64,000 bases of DNA from a virus (lineage: Duplodnaviria; Heunggongvirae; Uroviricota; Caudoviricetes). Shown here one piece after another: positions 62,060 through 64,000 of the stretch. The position numbers and the translations under genes are program-made. How positions within the stretch are numbered: the stretch's first letter is position 1; each line of letters opens with the position of its first letter. Below the pieces are notes generated by a model that saw nothing but the letters and a program-made list of their open reading frames with translations, made no database searches and had not been told where the DNA came from. The DNA lies in IMG/VR virus record IMGVR_UViG_3300037484_000317; one strand, written 5' to 3'.

Positions 62060-62102
62060 TCGTGTAAGGAGAGGGCACCTGTCCGTTACCAGGGTGAGGA
62101 CC
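62060..62102 (+). promoter_or_regulatory. conserved bipartite promoter motif
   Basis: CGTGTAAG-N14-CCGTTACC AGGGTGAGGA, then ATG at 62106. Confidence 0.55.
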
Positions 62103-62105
62103 ACT

Positions 62106-62501
62106 ATGACCTACCCGACCGCCCCTGAACTCAAGGAAGCAATCTACGCCCTGGAATGCGCGTGCTACGCCAACGGGATGAGCCTCGAAGCGAATGAAAA
62201 CAACGAAGTGCGCAATGCAGCTCGTGCTGCCGTGGGCGAGCAGATCAAGGTTCTGCTCAACCGCATTGCAGTCGCAGAGCGCACGGTCGATGCCCTTGGA
62301 GTCAGTCAGACCCAGATGGTCCGTGAGCATGGGGAGCGCCTTGCTCTAATGGGGGCTGCTCTGGCCGTAGCCGATACGGCAATCACGCACACTGTTGGGC
62401 TTTCATGCATGACTCCACTAGCGGCTCGTCCGTGCCCATGCTTCGCGTGCTGCACGACCCGAGCCTACAATGAGGCTCGCGCCAAGACGAGGGATCTGTG
62501 A
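62106..62501 (+). CDS. hypothetical protein
   Basis: Internal ATG downstream of the promoter motif. Confidence 0.5.
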   Translation: MTYPTAPELKEAIYALECACYANGMSLEANENNEVRNAARAAVGEQIKVLLNRIAVAERTVDALGVSQTQMVREHGERLALMGAALAVADTAITHTVGLSCMTPLAARPCPCFACCTTRAYNEARAKTRDL

Positions 62502-62950
62502 TTATGGACCTAGACACTCAGACGAAGAACCTGGTAGTTATCGGGAGCCTGCGTACCAAGATGGCTGAGGCAAAGCGCCGTTTGGATGCGGCTATTTCTG
62601 TTCACGATCAGGTCAGGGCGTCCGGCGAATCGCCAGAGATCATTGGGGCAGCCGACAAGATCTCTACGGAGGCTGCATCTGCCTACAACAAAGTGTATCT
62701 TGAGGTTTTGGACCTACAGATCCTGATTGACAGGAGCCCAAATACAGGAGCCTACACAAATCTAGCTGTCTGCGATGCGGCATTCGTCGTCGCACTGGCT
62801 GAGTACCACATTGCCGTTGCTGGCTTAGCCAGCAGGAAGGCTGCGTGGGAGGAGCGTGCCTTGAAGTCGGCCCAGGAAACCCTGGAGGCTGCACGAGTTG
62901 CTGTGCTCAAGGCGTGGGCAACACTCGGCCAGACCTACATGACACCTTGA
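62498..62950 (+). CDS. hypothetical protein
   Basis: 150-aa ORF. Confidence 0.5.
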   Translation: MIMDLDTQTKNLVVIGSLRTKMAEAKRRLDAAISVHDQVRASGESPEIIGAADKISTEAASAYNKVYLEVLDLQILIDRSPNTGAYTNLAVCDAAFVVALAEYHIAVAGLASRKAAWEERALKSAQETLEAARVAVLKAWATLGQTYMTP

Positions 62951-62955
62951 GGCGT

Positions 62956-63141
62956 ATGGCGCAGAACAGAACCCCATCAGACATCGGTTCGATCCTGGAA
63001 GCACGCAACCCAGGGGCTGACTCTGGCAGTATGCCTCGCCGAAGGCGTAAGCGTCCTACGCGAGCTGAACGCTCGAAGGCATCCACTCACCAACGAAATC
63101 TGGATAGCATCGCTCGATGGCTGGTCTCGGACAAGGACTGA
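62956..63141 (+). CDS. hypothetical small basic protein
   Basis: Internal ATG. Confidence 0.35.
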   Translation: MAQNRTPSDIGSILEARNPGADSGSMPRRRRKRPTRAERSKASTHQRNLDSIARWLVSDKD

Positions 63142-63142
63142 C

Positions 63143-63364
63143 ATGGGGACACTGAGTGCTCTTCGCGCAAATGGGAGGGGTCCGCGCCCACGTTCCAATG
63201 GTAGCCATACGGGCCCGTTGCGGAAGATCCTTGCGACCGAGTACAAGGGGGTCACCCCCTTCGAAACGCTTGAGTGCGGTCACACCATCATGGCCAAACG
63301 CGACCTGATGGGATTCACAAATGCTGTTCGGCGCAGGTGCTGGGAGTGTAAGAGCATTCCATGA
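63143..63364 (+). CDS. small zinc-binding protein
   Basis: ECGHT…CWEC. Confidence 0.4.
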   Translation: MGTLSALRANGRGPRPRSNGSHTGPLRKILATEYKGVTPFETLECGHTIMAKRDLMGFTNAVRRRCWECKSIP

Positions 63365-63756
63365 ACGACACCCCGACTGAACTGGCGCGTGTGACCCAAG
63401 AACTGAATGACATCCTTTTGCGAGCAGAGGATGTGTTGCACAGGACGTACACGGTTGGGGCACGGGTGCGAGTCTGTCCGCAGTACGGTCAGGACTACCT
63501 GGTTCTCCGCGAGCACAACGCAAAACGCCGACTGTTCCATGAGCGCCTGCGGCCCAATGGAACCGTGAAACACAGCACTCGGATTCAGAGTGCGCCCCGT
63601 TGGTTTCGTATTGAGGCAGCCAACAACCTCAACAAGTTGGTGGCTGCGCTTGATGTGGAAGTGCAGAGGAATGAGGCAAGACTAGAAGCCTTGAATGAGA
63701 GGATCCTGAATGGGGTTGGGGTGATTCGCATCGTTGGTCCCAAGGACATGCTGTAA
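63361..63756 (+). CDS. hypothetical protein
   Basis: 131-aa ORF. Confidence 0.5.
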   Translation: MNDTPTELARVTQELNDILLRAEDVLHRTYTVGARVRVCPQYGQDYLVLREHNAKRRLFHERLRPNGTVKHSTRIQSAPRWFRIEAANNLNKLVAALDVEVQRNEARLEALNERILNGVGVIRIVGPKDML

Positions 63757-63768
63757 AAGGAGGATGCG

Positions 63769-64000
63769 ATGGCAATCATCGTTTGTCCAGAGTGCTACGG
63801 AAGGGTGTCCGATCGTGCACCATCATGTCCACACTGTGGATTCGTAGTCTCTTCCAGTACAGGAGAGCTTCTACATTGCGGGCACTGTGAGGGAACTGGA
63901 ACCTGCACAAAAGGTTTTTCCTTCTGGGGGCCGCGTTCGTGTCCGGGTTGTCTTACAAAAGCTGATGTGCACCAGTCGGCAGAAAAGGTTGTTCCTTGTT
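63769..64000 (+). CDS. zinc-ribbon protein (3-prime truncated at window edge)
   Basis: AAAGGAGG RBS 6 nt upstream. MAIIVCPECYGRVSDRAPSCPHCG…CGHCEG…CPGC, with the frame open to the end of the window. Confidence 0.45.
   Translation, partial: MAIIVCPECYGRVSDRAPSCPHCGFVVSSSTGELLHCGHCEGTGTCTKGFSFWGPRSCPGCLTKADVHQSAEKVVPC

Noticed and set aside
62985-63000. GGTTCGATCC T-loop-like sequence suggesting a tRNA
   Set aside because: Flanking bases cannot form a 5-bp T-stem or acceptor stem. The sequence lies inside a coding frame (…SDIGSILEARNPG…). No other convincing tRNA-like cloverleaf was found by eye, though a proper tRNAscan run is needed.
1-64000. Search for capsid, terminase, portal, tail or lysis genes
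   Set aside because: None of the ORFs shows recognisable structural or lysis motifs. The window appears to be purely replication and accessory.

Overview
This window is a densely packed, high-GC accessory and replication region of what looks like a large dsDNA bacteriophage (a jumbo or virulent phage), not a bacterial chromosome. Genes run in three strand blocks with short or overlapping junctions, and the window is rich in tiny zinc-ribbon ORFs, freestanding homing endonucleases and nucleic-acid repair enzymes. No capsid, terminase or tail genes fall inside it.

Strand layout:
- 1-10250: mostly plus strand.
- 10200-29760: minus strand.
- 29900-64000: plus strand.
- The two long blocks diverge from back-to-back promoters at about 29790-29900.

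Recognisable genes:
- 5-prime-truncated DnaB-like helicase C-terminus.
- SPFH/band-7 lipoprotein.
- S24-peptidase-like protein.
- HNH/NUMOD homing endonuclease, PTH2 peptidyl-tRNA hydrolase, and an opposite-strand GIY-YIG endonuclease.
- PPP-family Ser/Thr phosphatase.
- DHH/DHHA1 phosphoesterase.
- Second HNH nuclease.
- Metzincin-like protease with HQxxH instead of HExxH.
- Protein with a ribosomal L7/L12 C-terminal-like domain.
- 41-aa prepilin-like peptide.
- Nudix hydrolase.
- NAD-dependent DNA ligase (LigA).
- MBL-fold hydrolase.
- HD-domain phosphohydrolase.
- Two RtcB RNA ligase paralogs.
- Dual-specificity phosphatase.
- SpoU/TrmH-type RNA 2-prime-O-methyltransferase directly upstream of the second RtcB.
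- J-domain fused to a catalytically degenerate protein-kinase-like domain.
- vWA/MIDAS protein.
- PurA-family adenylosuccinate-synthetase homolog (candidate PurZ).
- Rnl-type ATP-dependent RNA ligase.
- DnaN sliding clamp.

The strongest sequence-level signal is a bipartite motif, CGTGTAA(T/A/G)-N14-CCGTTAC followed by GAGGA and the start codon. It recurs at a fixed 22-nt register upstream of at least 11 genes on the appropriate strand.

Other observations:
- A sigma70-like TTGACA-N16-TATGTT promoter upstream of the methyltransferase.
- A bidirectional intrinsic terminator.
- A roughly 104-codon ORF interrupted by one in-frame TAA.
- Several small paralog families.
- A recurring GCGTAAGG translation-initiation context.

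No tRNA, rRNA or CRISPR array could be supported. Hand-derived coordinates may be off by 1-2 nt.
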